Positions 51,089 through 61,356 of a stretch of 64,000 bases of DNA are shown in pieces. Where the stretch lies: assembly GCA_964460615.1 (NCBI GenBank), contig CAYWPX010000007.1, forward strand, positions 4,313 to 68,312, read 5' to 3'. Under the pieces are notes generated by a model. It saw only the letters and a list, made by a program, of their open reading frames with translations, was not told the DNA's origin and did no database searches. Source of the DNA: an uncultured Planctomycetia bacterium (GTDB lineage Bacteria; Omnitrophota; Gorgyraeia; CAYWPX01). The position numbers and the translations under genes were made by a program. Within the stretch, counting starts at the first letter, position 1, and each line of letters begins with the position of its first letter.

Positions 51089-52264
51089 TCACTCTCTTAA
51101 AAAAATCAAAAGTATTACCGCTGATATTAGCGCTAAACTCCCTCCCAATAAAAAAGCCACCTCAGCTCCTATATATTGCCAAATTAGCCCAAAGAAGAAA
51201 CTGGCAAAAAATATGCTTATCCCTACGGCAGTATGGTATATCCCATAGGCAGTCCCTAATTTGGTTTTATCATTCACCAGGTCCGCGACATATGCCCTTC
51301 CCACTCCTTCGGTAAGCCCGAAAAATACTCCATAAAGCGCCATCAATACCCATATCCCAAATGCACTCTTCCAGAAAGCAAAACCCAAATATACGATCGC
51401 ATACATGATGAACCCAAGCACCATAACATTGCGCCTGCCCATCTTATCCGAAAACACTCCTGCAGGAACTGCAGATACCGAGCTGACGCCGTTATAAAGC
51501 ACCCATGTTAAAGGTATCATGTATACAGGCACGCCAAAATCCTGCGCCCTTAAAAATAAAAATGCGTTACTGGAATTTCCGAGGCTAAAAATCACCGTTA
51601 CAAAAATAAATATCCCGAATTCCTTGGTAAATGCATTTTCAAATATAATCTTTTCATGAGGAGCCTTGCCGTCCTTTTTATCGCTTACAAATAAAACCAG
51701 TATCGCGACCGCGATCGCTGCAGGAATAAATGAAAGCAAAAATATCAATCTATAATTAGCGCTGAATAGATACAAAAGTCCAAAACACAATAACGGCCCG
51801 AATACTGCCCCTGCGTCATCCATAGCCCTTTGTAGGCCAAAAGCCTTCCCCCGTTCGCTCTTATCAATAGAATGGGCAACTATGGCATCCCTTGGCGGAT
51901 TACGCAGCGCCTTGCCGGTCCTGTCAATGATCCTTACTATTAAAACTGCCAAACCGGAATTAGCAACGGCTAAAAAAGGTTTGGTTATGGTAGATAAGCT
52001 ATAACCAAATATTACTATCTCTTTACGTTTATTTATCTTGTCTGATAACCACCCCGAAACCACTCTAAGTATGCTTCCTGCCCCCTCAGCTATGCCTTCA
52101 ATAAGTCCGATTACCGACTTGGGCACGCCTAAAACAGAGGAAAGAAAAAGGGGCAATATCGGATATATCATTTCGCTTGATATATCCGTAAAGAAACTTA
52201 CTAAACCCAGATTAAAAATATTTTTATGAAAACCGAATATCTTCTTTTCTTTTTTATCTTCCAC
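51089..52264 (-). CDS. MFS transporter
   Basis: 12-TM MFS topology with a GxLaDrxGrR-like loop (SGWLSDKINKRK). Confidence 0.82.
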   Translation of the reverse strand: MEDKKEKKIFGFHKNIFNLGLVSFFTDISSEMIYPILPLFLSSVLGVPKSVIGLIEGIAEGAGSILRVVSGWLSDKINKRKEIVIFGYSLSTITKPFLAVANSGLAVLIVRIIDRTGKALRNPPRDAIVAHSIDKSERGKAFGLQRAMDDAGAVFGPLLCFGLLYLFSANYRLIFLLSFIPAAIAVAILVLFVSDKKDGKAPHEKIIFENAFTKEFGIFIFVTVIFSLGNSSNAFLFLRAQDFGVPVYMIPLTWVLYNGVSSVSAVPAGVFSDKMGRRNVMVLGFIMYAIVYLGFAFWKSAFGIWVLMALYGVFFGLTEGVGRAYVADLVNDKTKLGTAYGIYHTAVGISIFFASFFFGLIWQYIGAEVAFLLGGSLALISAVILLIFLRE

Positions 52265-52268
52265 TCGA

Positions 52269-53954
52269 TTACTCTCTATATCTATTAATTATAGGCATTC
52301 TTCTGTCGCGCCCAAATGCCTTTGGGGTTATCTTTACTCCTGGCGGACCCTGCCTGCGTTTATACTCACTATTATCCACGAGGCTAATAACTTTTTTTAC
52401 AAGTTCTTTGTCAAACCCTCTTCTCACGATTTTCTGAAACGGCACATCATCCTCGACATATAATTTCAATATCTTATCCAAAATATCATATGGCGGAAGG
52501 CTATCCGTATCTTTCTGGTTTGGCCTAAGCTCGGCCGTCGGCGCCTTTATCAGAACATTCGAAGGGATTACCACAGAAATTGCGTTTCTGTACTCTGAAA
52601 GCCTGTAAACTAAAGTCTTAGGAACATCCTTAAGAACAGCAAAACCTCCGGCAGTATCTCCGTACAACGTACAGTAACCGCAAGAGACCTCACTTTTGTT
52701 GCCTGTGGTAAGCACCATATACCCAAATTTATTTGAAATCGCCATAAGAACATTGCCGCGGATCCTTGCCTGCAGATTCTCCTCGGCAATATTTTTTGGC
52801 AGATCCTCAAAAGCGGTTTTTAGAAGCCCCAGATAATGATCGTAGATATCACCTATCGGGATCTCCATGAATTGTATCCCGAGATTATCGGCCAGCGCTT
52901 TGGCATCAACAAAACTTTCATTTGAAGTGATTTCCGTAGGCATAAAAACACCTATAACATTCTCTTTTCCCAGGGCATCTACTGAAATAGCCGCAGTTAT
53001 ACTGGAATCTATCCCGCCGCTTAGCCCAAGAATAACTTTTTTAAAATTATTCTTTTTTACATAATCGCGAAGCCCGACTAAAAGCGCTGAATAAATCTCG
53101 TTAAGCTCCCCGGGCTTTTTGGCAAACCTTTTTTCCAAAACAACTTTATCTGATTTAAATACGTGGTCTATAAGGACCAGATTTTTTGATCTATTGACTT
53201 TGCCGATCTCAAAAGGCATATCAATAATTATGAGGTCCTCTTTAAAGGCTTCACCTCTGGCAATAATTGAGCCTTTCGCGTCGACAAAGAGGGACTGGCC
53301 GTCAAAGACCAGTTCATCCTGCCCGCCCACAAGATTATTATAAGAGACTACGATCTTATTATTTTTTGCGACTTTTTTTACAATATCTTCCCTGAGGTTG
53401 ATCTTACCGGCGTAATACGGAGAGGCATTGATATTCAAAAGAAGTTTTGCCTTAAGCTTATTGTATAACCCGAGAGTATCCTCGGAATGCCAGATATCCT
53501 CACAAATATTAACTCCGAAAATTAGCCCGTTTGCATTAAATGCCATCTCATCCATTTTACTCTGGGCAAAATACCTTTTTTCGTCAAATACCCCGTAATT
53601 AGGAAGAAGCATCTTGTTGTATGTACCTCTGATCTTCCCATTATGAAGGACTGCCGCGCTGTTAAATATTTTACCTTTGGAAGAATTCGCAAAACCGACA
53701 ACAGCCACTATATCCCTGGTATACTTGGCGATATTTTTCAGCTCTTTGATGTTATCTTCTATAAATTGTTTTTTTAACAAAAGATCTTCGGGGGGATAGC
53801 CTGTTATGGATAATTCGGGGAAAGTGATAATGTCTACGTCTTTTTTTACGGCGCCGTCAATGGCATAAATTATTTTTTCGGCATTACCCCTAAGGTCTCC
53901 TACGGTAAAATTAACCTGCGCCATGGCAATTCTTGCAATAATTTTATTTTTCAT
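52269..53954 (-). CDS. nadE: Glutamine-dependent NAD+ synthetase (CN-hydrolase plus NAD synthase domains)
   Basis: N-terminal nitrilase-type domain (FPELSITGYPPEDL) and C-terminal SGGIDSS PP-loop. Confidence 0.9.
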   Translation of the reverse strand: MKNKIIARIAMAQVNFTVGDLRGNAEKIIYAIDGAVKKDVDIITFPELSITGYPPEDLLLKKQFIEDNIKELKNIAKYTRDIVAVVGFANSSKGKIFNSAAVLHNGKIRGTYNKMLLPNYGVFDEKRYFAQSKMDEMAFNANGLIFGVNICEDIWHSEDTLGLYNKLKAKLLLNINASPYYAGKINLREDIVKKVAKNNKIVVSYNNLVGGQDELVFDGQSLFVDAKGSIIARGEAFKEDLIIIDMPFEIGKVNRSKNLVLIDHVFKSDKVVLEKRFAKKPGELNEIYSALLVGLRDYVKKNNFKKVILGLSGGIDSSITAAISVDALGKENVIGVFMPTEITSNESFVDAKALADNLGIQFMEIPIGDIYDHYLGLLKTAFEDLPKNIAEENLQARIRGNVLMAISNKFGYMVLTTGNKSEVSCGYCTLYGDTAGGFAVLKDVPKTLVYRLSEYRNAISVVIPSNVLIKAPTAELRPNQKDTDSLPPYDILDKILKLYVEDDVPFQKIVRRGFDKELVKKVISLVDNSEYKRRQGPPGVKITPKAFGRDRRMPIINRYRE

Positions 53955-54011
53955 ATTTATATTTAGATTTTGCTTTAAGTTATTATTTTTAATCTATTGT
54001 TTATTGTCTTA

Positions 54012-54039
54012 AACTTGCAACTTGCGTCCTGTGACTTGA
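54012..54039. repeat. Four tandem heptamers (ACTTGCA ACTTGCG TCCTGTG ACTTGAA) upstream of nadE
   Basis: Related to the 18468-18497 repeat; followed by an AAGCTG-ATAG-CAGCTT hairpin at the stop of the redoxin gene. Confidence 0.55.
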
Positions 54040-54060
54040 AACAAGCTGATAGCAGCTTCT

Positions 54061-54546
54061 TTAGTGTCCGCATTCCTCGCATTGGCTTTCAATAAACGAA
54101 AGTTCATCGATACATTCTCTTAAATCAAATTCCCTCTTGTCTTCATCTATAAAATACTGAGAAAACAAGATCCCGTACTTATCAACGACAAAAACTGATG
54201 CAACCAACTTTGATCTTTCGTCAATGTAAGTAAATTTTTCTATGTATCTCTTATTTACATCCGAAATAATGGGGAAAGGAATACCTAATAAATTTTTAAT
54301 GCCTGAAAGCTCTTCTAAAATGGCATTTGAAATTGCCAATACTTCACAATTCAGGTTCCTGAGCTCATTGTAACTAGCTGCGAGATTTTTGAGGATCCCT
54401 AAACAAAATTTGCAGGAAGCCCCATGGAAAAAGAAGATAAGAAGATTTTTTTTCTGGTCATAATCCCAGAGACTGATCTCCTTTAGGCTGGTAGAGGGTA
54501 GAAAAAAGGCCGGAATTTTTTCTCTGAGAATTAATTTCGCTTCCAT
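54061..54546 (-). CDS. Thioredoxin-fold redoxin (AhpC/TSA-like) protein
   Basis: FFFHGASCKFC CxxC motif within a redoxin-like fold; C-terminal CEECGH. Confidence 0.5.
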   Translation of the reverse strand: MEAKLILREKIPAFFLPSTSLKEISLWDYDQKKNLLIFFFHGASCKFCLGILKNLAASYNELRNLNCEVLAISNAILEELSGIKNLLGIPFPIISDVNKRYIEKFTYIDERSKLVASVFVVDKYGILFSQYFIDEDKREFDLRECIDELSFIESQCEECGH

Positions 54547-54569
54547 AGAAGCTCTCGCAAGTAGTTGTG

Positions 54570-55697
54570 TTATGATTTTCTTTTTATAGCTTCAATTAAA
54601 TTGTCGAATGATTTCTGGAAAGCATCAAGGCCTTCAATTTGCAGTTCTTCACAAATTTTTGCAATATCAATGCCGAACTTTCCTAAATCATTCATTACTT
54701 TTTTTGCCACATCGGTATTGGCCTCTATTGCCTGCTTGACATTCCCATGGTCCAAAAAAGCCATAACCGTACTATGAGGTATGGTGTTGATCGAATACGG
54801 CCCGATAAGTTCTTCAACATATTTCACGTCCCTGTAGCTCGGGTTTTTTGTGCTCGTGGACGCCCAGAGGACTCTCTGCATTTTTGCCCCTCTTTCCTTT
54901 AAGGCATCAAAAGCCTTTAAAAGAAAAAGATTCTTATAGCTTTCATATATCAACTTCATATTTGAGACTGCGCTTTTGCCAACCAAAAAACGTAACTCGG
55001 AATTAACCTGAGGGTCTTTATTGGTTTTTAATAATTCGCCCAGCATCGCATCAATTTTTGAATCAATCCTGCTTACAAAGAGGCTGGCTACTGAGGCTAC
55101 ATTATAAACCGGCATGTCTTTTTTTAGCCTCTGCCTTATGCCCTCAATATAAGCATAAGCAACGTCCTCGTAATGGGACTTTGAAAAAAGAAGCGTAGCG
55201 TTAACGCTCACCCCGGCTGTCACAAGCTCTCTAATAGCCTCACAACCTCTTTTTGTACCCGGGATCTTGATCATAACGTTTGGCTTACCTATCTTCATAA
55301 GTATCTTTTTGGCATATTCAATGGTCTTTTTTGGATTATAGGCATATTCCGGCAAAACCTCTATAGAGACATAGCCGTCGAGATTATTGGAATTATTATA
55401 TATATCTTTGAGTTTACTAGAGGCAAGCCCGACATCAAAAGTCGTCAATTCATCATAAATTTCCTGTGGCCCTAAACCTTTTTTTGAGAACTCTTTTATA
55501 GATTCATCATATACGTTTGAAGAACTTATAGCTTTTTCAAATATGGAAGGGTTTGTAGTAACGCCTCTGATGCCGTCCTCTAAAAGTTTATCAAAAGAAC
55601 CATTTAAAAGCATGCTTTTCTCTATATTATCATACCAAGGGCTTTGTCCTTCTTGATAAAGTTTCGTTAAGGTTGTTACTTTGGTACTGGTTATCAT
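54570..55697 (-). CDS. tal: Transaldolase
   Basis: GVTTNPSIF motif and a Schiff-base lysine region; 375 aa. Confidence 0.85.
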   Translation of the reverse strand: MITSTKVTTLTKLYQEGQSPWYDNIEKSMLLNGSFDKLLEDGIRGVTTNPSIFEKAISSSNVYDESIKEFSKKGLGPQEIYDELTTFDVGLASSKLKDIYNNSNNLDGYVSIEVLPEYAYNPKKTIEYAKKILMKIGKPNVMIKIPGTKRGCEAIRELVTAGVSVNATLLFSKSHYEDVAYAYIEGIRQRLKKDMPVYNVASVASLFVSRIDSKIDAMLGELLKTNKDPQVNSELRFLVGKSAVSNMKLIYESYKNLFLLKAFDALKERGAKMQRVLWASTSTKNPSYRDVKYVEELIGPYSINTIPHSTVMAFLDHGNVKQAIEANTDVAKKVMNDLGKFGIDIAKICEELQIEGLDAFQKSFDNLIEAIKRKS

Positions 55698-55748
55698 AAA
55701 TATCCTCCATATTTTTATTCAGGATATAAATACTTTGATACAAAAAAC

Positions 55749-56456
55749 CTATTTAATACCTTTTAATGTTTCGACGGCTTTTTTTGGATCAGCCGATGAA
55801 AAAAAGTAGCTGGCTGTCACGAGTATATTGGCGCCGCTCTTTATTGCTTTTGGCGCCGTAAGGTCATTTATTCCGCCATCTACGGATATGTCTTTATTAA
55901 AGATTTTTTTAAGCTCTTCTATCTTAACTAAAGACCCTTCAATGAATTTTTGTCCGGCAAAGCCGGGGTTAACAGACATGATAAGTACTTCATCAATGAA
56001 ACCCAGCGCATCAACTATGCATAAAGGGGTATCAGGATTAAGGGTCACCGCTGGTTTTGCGCCGAGGGCTTTAATTCTCTTTAAGTCTTTTATAAGTTTC
56101 TCAGCGTCTATAGAAGAAACAACTTTGGGAAATTTCATTTGGTCTTCACTACCGTTTATTCTCTTGCCGTAACATTCTACGTGGAGCGTAATAATATCCG
56201 ATCCGGCCTTTACAAAATCCTCTATGTAAAACCAGGGGTTCTCTATCATTAAATGCGCATCTATACTGAGCTTTGTTTTAGCGCGGAGAGATTTTATTAT
56301 TACAGGGCCTATTGTTATATTTGGAACAAAATGTCCGTCCATAACATCAATATGCAAACGGTCAATGCCTGCCAATTCGCACTTTCTCACTTCATCTTCA
56401 AGATTAGCAAAATCGGCTGAAAGTATGCTTGCGGCGATATTTATATTTGGATTCAT
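55749..56456 (-). CDS. rpe: Ribulose-phosphate 3-epimerase
   Basis: LHIDVMDGHFVPN and the downstream conserved GAD...VDGG motif. Confidence 0.92.
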   Translation of the reverse strand: MNPNINIAASILSADFANLEDEVRKCELAGIDRLHIDVMDGHFVPNITIGPVIIKSLRAKTKLSIDAHLMIENPWFYIEDFVKAGSDIITLHVECYGKRINGSEDQMKFPKVVSSIDAEKLIKDLKRIKALGAKPAVTLNPDTPLCIVDALGFIDEVLIMSVNPGFAGQKFIEGSLVKIEELKKIFNKDISVDGGINDLTAPKAIKSGANILVTASYFFSSADPKKAVETLKGIK

Positions 56457-56538
56457 TATTTTCCTCTAAAATCATACATTTTGGCGGGTTTTAGTAATAT
56501 AATTATACCATATAATATATATTTAGCAAATAATATAT

Positions 56539-56594
56539 GGAGCTTCCAGCTCCAAGCTTCCAGCTCCAAGCTTCTGGCTCCGGGCTCCAAGCTT
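56539..56594. repeat. Tandem ~14-bp repeat CCAGCTCCAAGCTT (x2 perfect plus degenerate copies) upstream of rpe
   Basis: GGAGCTTCCAGCTCCAAGCTTCCAGCTCCAAGCTTCTGGCTCCGGGCTCCAAGCTT; rich in AGCT/AAGCTT palindromes; locally GC-rich. Confidence 0.6.
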
Positions 56595-56655
56595 AACAAT
56601 TAGCAAACTGGATATTTTTTTGGCATTTTTAAAGCCAGAGGCAAGAAGCAATATT

Positions 56656-57834
56656 TTAATTATTCTCTACTATAAACGAAATACTGGCTGGATAGATCGA
56701 CCATTCTCCGAATTTATCATTGATAAAATCCATATTTTTAAAGATGCGGCCCTTTTTTGCGTCATTTTCAAATAAATATGAATCAAGATGGGCATTTAAG
56801 CCCGAAACACTTAATCCAAGGGCTCTTATGGAAATTCTTTCTGGTAAGATCATTTTGAGTATCAAAAGCGCCCTTTCAAAAATAAGGCCGCCATCAGAAG
56901 TTGCCTCTTCAAACGACTTTTGTTTTGATAAAAACCCGAAATCAGGCTTTCTTATAAACAGATGAACTGTCTTTGCCTCCAAAGACTCGCGCCTAAGCCT
57001 GGTAGCGACCATCTCAGAAAGCATCCTTATCCAAGCTCTTATAACATTTAGTTCATAGATATTGTGAGGCAGCGTATATGAGTGGCCTATTGATTTTGGT
57101 TGACCCGTTCTCTCTCCCCAAAAACTTACCCAATCGGCATCCTCGCCTCTCGAGATATCATGTATCCATAAACCAACCTTGCCAAATCGATCATAATATA
57201 AATGTCTTTTATGCCTTGAAAGATCTGAAAATTTGAAAACATTGAGTTCATTGAGTTTTTTTTGAAGCGCTTTACCTATGCCTGGTATTTTTTGTATGGG
57301 CAGATCCCTGAGGGCGTCTTTTATATCTTTTTTCCACATAATGTATAAACCATCGGGTTTTTTAAGCTTAGAGGCAATTTTAGAAAATAATCTTGTTTCG
57401 GAAATACCGACTGAACCTGTTATCCCAAGTGAATTTTTTATCTCATCTTTTATGAGTATCCCTATCTTTTCATATGAGCCGAAACGCGTTTCAAGCCCCG
57501 TAATATCCAGATAAAATTCATCCACAGACGCCGCCTCGACATTCGGGCTATAATTTTTTAAAAGGCCAAATATAAAGTCGGAAGCATAAAGATATTTGGA
57601 TGAATCTGCTACTACAAATTCTGCCCTCGGGCAAAGCCTGAAGGCTTCAACACAACTCATGCCGGATTCTATCCCGTATGCCTTGGCTTCATAAGAACAA
57701 GCAGTAACAACTGTCCTCTCTTTTTGTCCTCTTCCTCCTACAATAAGAGGCTTTCCCTTAAGCTTAGGATTACTCGCCTGCTCCACAGATGCAAAAAAAG
57801 CATCCATGTCAATATGAAGTATAACCTTATTCAA
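56656..57834 (-). CDS. dinB: Y-family DNA polymerase IV (DinB/UmuC-like), catalytic residues intact
   Basis: HIDMDAFFASVE and SVDEFYLD motifs; preceded by lexA and a small ORF. Confidence 0.88.
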   Translation of the reverse strand: MNKVILHIDMDAFFASVEQASNPKLKGKPLIVGGRGQKERTVVTACSYEAKAYGIESGMSCVEAFRLCPRAEFVVADSSKYLYASDFIFGLLKNYSPNVEAASVDEFYLDITGLETRFGSYEKIGILIKDEIKNSLGITGSVGISETRLFSKIASKLKKPDGLYIMWKKDIKDALRDLPIQKIPGIGKALQKKLNELNVFKFSDLSRHKRHLYYDRFGKVGLWIHDISRGEDADWVSFWGERTGQPKSIGHSYTLPHNIYELNVIRAWIRMLSEMVATRLRRESLEAKTVHLFIRKPDFGFLSKQKSFEEATSDGGLIFERALLILKMILPERISIRALGLSVSGLNAHLDSYLFENDAKKGRIFKNMDFINDKFGEWSIYPASISFIVENN

Positions 57835-58075
57835 GGCTTTTTATCCTCCACAAAAATGATCTATTATCAAAATATATATGATAGATGTCATCCCCGGATG
57901 AAACGCTAAAATGATGCAAAACCGACTCGCCGTTTCTTTCTTTCCAGTAAAAATTAATTTTTTCTATGCCTACCTTACAACCTTTCAGTATAAAAAATCT
58001 GGGATCTATTGTTCCTTTTTTAAATACTGCCGCCACCTCTATAAAATCACCCTCAAGGCTATCCTCCCGGGGCAT
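57827..58075 (-). CDS. Small hypothetical protein, translationally coupled to dinB (8-nt overlap)
   Basis: ORF between lexA and dinB; start placed at the internal MPREDSL. No family recognised. Confidence 0.45.
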   Translation of the reverse strand: MPREDSLEGDFIEVAAVFKKGTIDPRFFILKGCKVGIEKINFYWKERNGESVLHHFSVSSGDDIYHIYFDNRSFLWRIKSLE

Positions 58076-58100
58076 TTTCCTGTCCCATCTGGCATTCGAA

Positions 58101-58706
58101 TTAAACATATCTTCTTATCACCATTAAAACCTTTCCTATAACAGACGAGTCATTATCCAAGAGAATAGGTTTATATCTTTTATTGGCCGGTTTAAAACAG
58201 ATCCTTCCGGATTTATCTTTGGCAAAGTATTTGACCGTTGCCTCTTTCCCGATCATCCCTACGACAATATCGCCTATAGCCGCCTCGCTGGCCTTTTTCA
58301 CAAGTACATAGTCTTGGTCAAATATACCGGCATCAATCATGCTATCGCCTTTAACGCGAAGCAAAAACTTATCCTTTTCGTCTTTTATCCATTCTCTATC
58401 AATAGAAAGATAACCTTCTATATTATCCTCTGCAAAAACTGGCTCTCCTGCAGCGACCTCGCCAACGATCGGGATACTCAGGGAGCCGGATTTTTTAAAC
58501 CCAAGCACTTCTATAGATCGGGCTTTTTTTGTCTTTTTAATATAGCCCTTTTCTTTAAGAGCTTCGAGATGGTCCTGGACCGTCCCGACTGCTTTAAACT
58601 GAAAATGGTCCCTTATCTCTATAATTGTAGGCGGAGTACCATTTTTGGATACCACATCTTTTATGAATCGAAGTATATTATCCTGTTTTTTTGTAAGGAC
58701 TTTCAT
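58101..58706 (-). CDS. lexA: LexA repressor (S24 peptidase)
   Basis: N-terminal wHTH; cleavage site VAAGEP; Ser/Lys dyad region (GDSMIDAGI...VLVKK). Confidence 0.9.
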   Translation of the reverse strand: MKVLTKKQDNILRFIKDVVSKNGTPPTIIEIRDHFQFKAVGTVQDHLEALKEKGYIKKTKKARSIEVLGFKKSGSLSIPIVGEVAAGEPVFAEDNIEGYLSIDREWIKDEKDKFLLRVKGDSMIDAGIFDQDYVLVKKASEAAIGDIVVGMIGKEATVKYFAKDKSGRICFKPANKRYKPILLDNDSSVIGKVLMVIRRYV

Positions 58707-58747
58707 ATAATCCCCCTAATCCCTCCACCAAAGTGGCTGCGGAAGAA

Positions 58748-58763
58748 TTGTTTTGCCGTACAT
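58748..58763 (-). promoter_or_regulatory. Candidate SOS/LexA box upstream of lexA
   Basis: Minus strand ATGT-ACGGCAAA-ACAA, i.e. a TGT-N8-ACA dyad, ~45-60 nt upstream of the lexA start; degenerate relative to CTGT-N8-ACAG. Confidence 0.3.
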
Positions 58764-58933
58764 ACCAAAATTAATAACTAATAAAATAAAACCAACTTTA
58801 CATCTAATTAGATATTACCATAAAAATTTATGGTATTCAAGCTAAAAAAAATAATTCTATCTATTGCGCTTAAAGATAAAACCCTATTCGGTATTATTGG
58901 TAATGCTAGAATAGGGCCTATCTTTAATAAATT

Positions 58934-59356
58934 CTATTCTCCGATTATCTTGACGAGGACTCTTTTCAGGCGCTGGCCGTCAAACTCGCCGTAAAATATT
59001 TGCTCCCATGGGCCAAAATCAAGTTTTCCCTTTGTAATAGCTGCTACGATCTCCCTGCCCATTACCTGTCTTTTAAGATGCGCATCGGCATTAAGGCTCT
59101 GGCCGGTAAGGTTGTGATCATACTGTGAAGTAGGTTCATGCGGGGCAAGTTTTTCCAGCCACTTATCATAATCCTTCAAAAGCCCCGGCTCATTATCGTT
59201 TATATAAACACTTGAAGTAATATGCATGGCATTAACCAAACATAGCCCTTCTTTTATCCCGCTCTTCTTTACTATCTCATCTATCTTAGGAGTGATATTA
59301 ATGAATGCTTTTTTCGTCGTGGTATTAAAAACTATGTATTCCGTATGTGATTTCAT
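58934..59356 (-). CDS. YjbQ/UPF0047 family protein
   Basis: Length (140 aa) and conserved core typical of the secondary thiamine-phosphate synthase family. Confidence 0.8.
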   Translation of the reverse strand: MKSHTEYIVFNTTTKKAFINITPKIDEIVKKSGIKEGLCLVNAMHITSSVYINDNEPGLLKDYDKWLEKLAPHEPTSQYDHNLTGQSLNADAHLKRQVMGREIVAAITKGKLDFGPWEQIFYGEFDGQRLKRVLVKIIGE

Positions 59357-59440
59357 ATTAACCCTTTTTTAGTTATCAGCCCTGGGCTATCAGTCAAAAA
59401 AATTTAAAGTTTTGCTGAAAGCTGATAGCTGAAAGCTTAA

Positions 59441-60604
59441 TTACTTTTTATTAACAAAATATTCTTTTACAAGTTTTTTCATCAATTCGTCTTTTTTAAA
59501 ATAAAGCCTCTTTTGCGGCCTCTTTTTATGACGGCTTAAAGCAGTATGAGTAATAATAGGTAGCGCTACTGTCGAATCAATATAAGAGACCACAGCATCA
59601 GGAAGCCTCATTGGGTCTACTTTGCCCCAGGAAACTGCTTCGCTTGGCGTTGCCCCTGAAAGCCCTCCTGTGTCGGGCCGGGCATCGGTAACCTGAAAGA
59701 AATAGTCATGGCCGACCTCTTTAATCTTAAGAACTTCTTGTATCTGCGGCTCCGTCTGAAGCACAAAATTCTTAGGGCTGCCGCCGCCTATCAAAAGAAC
59801 TCCTGATTTCCCCTTAGCCCTTTTTGCATCAAGTACAATAGATGTCGTCTCATTGACATCTATCGAAGGATTTATCATTAGTTTGTTGCCCTGCAGTTCA
59901 ACTGCTGCGATATTCATCCCTATAGTCGAATCTCCGGGAGAACTGGTATATACCGGAACGCCATTCCTATAGGCTGCCGCGAGTATTGACACTCCCATAT
60001 TTTTAGTCTTCTCTTCGAACTGGGCGGCATATTTACCTATTAGATGATGCAATTCGGATGTACCCATCTCTTTTTGGAATTCAGGCTTAGTAATTATTGA
60101 GTACAAGATTTTATCAGTAGACATAAGACAATCCGAATATCCAAGAAAGATATCATAGATCCTTACAATATCATTTTCTCTTAGATCTATGTCATCTGCC
60201 ATATGAGATCCCGCATAAAGGGGGAAATTGAAAGCATAATGAAGATCGTGATAAAGGTTAGCCCCGGTTGAAACTATCCAATCCACAAAACCGGCATTTA
60301 TCAGAGGGACCACTGAAGATGCCCCCAGGCCCGCCGGAGTAAGAGCGCCCGCTAAACTCATGCCCACAGTAACATCGGGCTTCAGCATTTTATCGATAAA
60401 AAGATTGCACCCTTCTTTGAGCCTGGCCCCGTTATAAGCCAAAAAAGTCTCTTCCATGAGATCGCTAAGTTTCTCTTTACCTGTAATAGGTTTAGGAAGG
60501 ATCCTCTTACCGGATAAATATTTCTTTTTATTAGGACAATGATGTTTTTTGACCCAATCGGGCAATGCTGTGAGGTCTACTTTTTTCATTTTAGGATTTT
60601 TCAT
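59441..60604 (-). CDS. Deoxyhypusine synthase family protein (homospermidine-synthase-like)
   Basis: [11 protein letters not shown] matches the DHS LAGAMTSAGL motif; [11 protein letters not shown] matches RPDEAVSWGKI. Confidence 0.72.
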   Translation of the reverse strand: MKNPKMKKVDLTALPDWVKKHHCPNKKKYLSGKRILPKPITGKEKLSDLMEETFLAYNGARLKEGCNLFIDKMLKPDVTVGMSLAGALTPAGLGASSVVPLINAGFVDWIVSTGANLYHDLHYAFNFPLYAGSHMADDIDLRENDIVRIYDIFLGYSDCLMSTDKILYSIITKPEFQKEMGTSELHHLIGKYAAQFEEKTKNMGVSILAAAYRNGVPVYTSSPGDSTIGMNIAAVELQGNKLMINPSIDVNETTSIVLDAKRAKGKSGVLLIGGGSPKNFVLQTEPQIQEVLKIKEVGHDYFFQVTDARPDTGGLSGATPSEAVSWGKVDPMRLPDAVVSYIDSTVALPIITHTALSRHKKRPQKRLYFKKDELMKKLVKEYFVNKK

Positions 60605-60686
60605 AAAATTAACATGCCTGCTTAATTAAATTTCGGATATATTATACTATTTATTTGCAAATTATAAAATAGAATTTTACCCCGGG

Positions 60687-61340
60687 TTACAAAGTAACGT
60701 ATTTAGGAAAAATGCCCGTACGTTTTTTAGTATGGATCCCGGAAACCGGCTTCAATTTATTTAACGAATTTTTAACAAAAAAATTATCCTTAAAATTCTT
60801 CTTATAATTCGCAGGCATCGGCGCCAGATCTATTTTATCCTTTACCCCTGCGGCGTGGCCATCAAGAAAAAGGACATTAAACGAACCATTATGAGGAGGA
60901 GGTATTTTGGAATCCGCCACAGTCATCTCGGTTACCAGCCACTTAGTTCCCTTGGATTCCACGATATCAGAAAAACTGTTATTATACGAATCGTTCCATA
61001 TATAGGTCAGTTTTTTCTTTTGGATCTCTAAGGGCATTGAAGGGCATAAAAACGCTTTTTTGTCATCTATGTACCGCCCAAGGACATTGTTCAGGCTATT
61101 TGGGTCGCTTTCGGGGTTCTCAGGATAAAACTTTATATTGGGAAGCCTTTCATAGTCACTCTCGTATAACTGCAAAGCAACGTAGATATTCCTGAGGTTT
61201 GAAATACAGTCTACGGCTCTTGCCTCTTTTTCAGCGGCCATATATACGCTTACAGGGATTGCCCCGACTAAAGACGCGACAATAAGCACTTCTATCATTG
61301 TGTAGCCCAGATTATTAAAAAAATATTTTTTCATAGGCAT
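60687..61340 (-). CDS. Prepilin-type N-terminal domain protein with H-X9-DG motif (DUF1559 family)
   Basis: GYTMIEVLIVASLVG N-terminal helix; C-terminal VLFLDGHAAG. Confidence 0.65.
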   Translation of the reverse strand: MPMKKYFFNNLGYTMIEVLIVASLVGAIPVSVYMAAEKEARAVDCISNLRNIYVALQLYESDYERLPNIKFYPENPESDPNSLNNVLGRYIDDKKAFLCPSMPLEIQKKKLTYIWNDSYNNSFSDIVESKGTKWLVTEMTVADSKIPPPHNGSFNVLFLDGHAAGVKDKIDLAPMPANYKKNFKDNFFVKNSLNKLKPVSGIHTKKRTGIFPKYVTL

Positions 61341-61356
61341 TTTATTCTTTTTCTGA

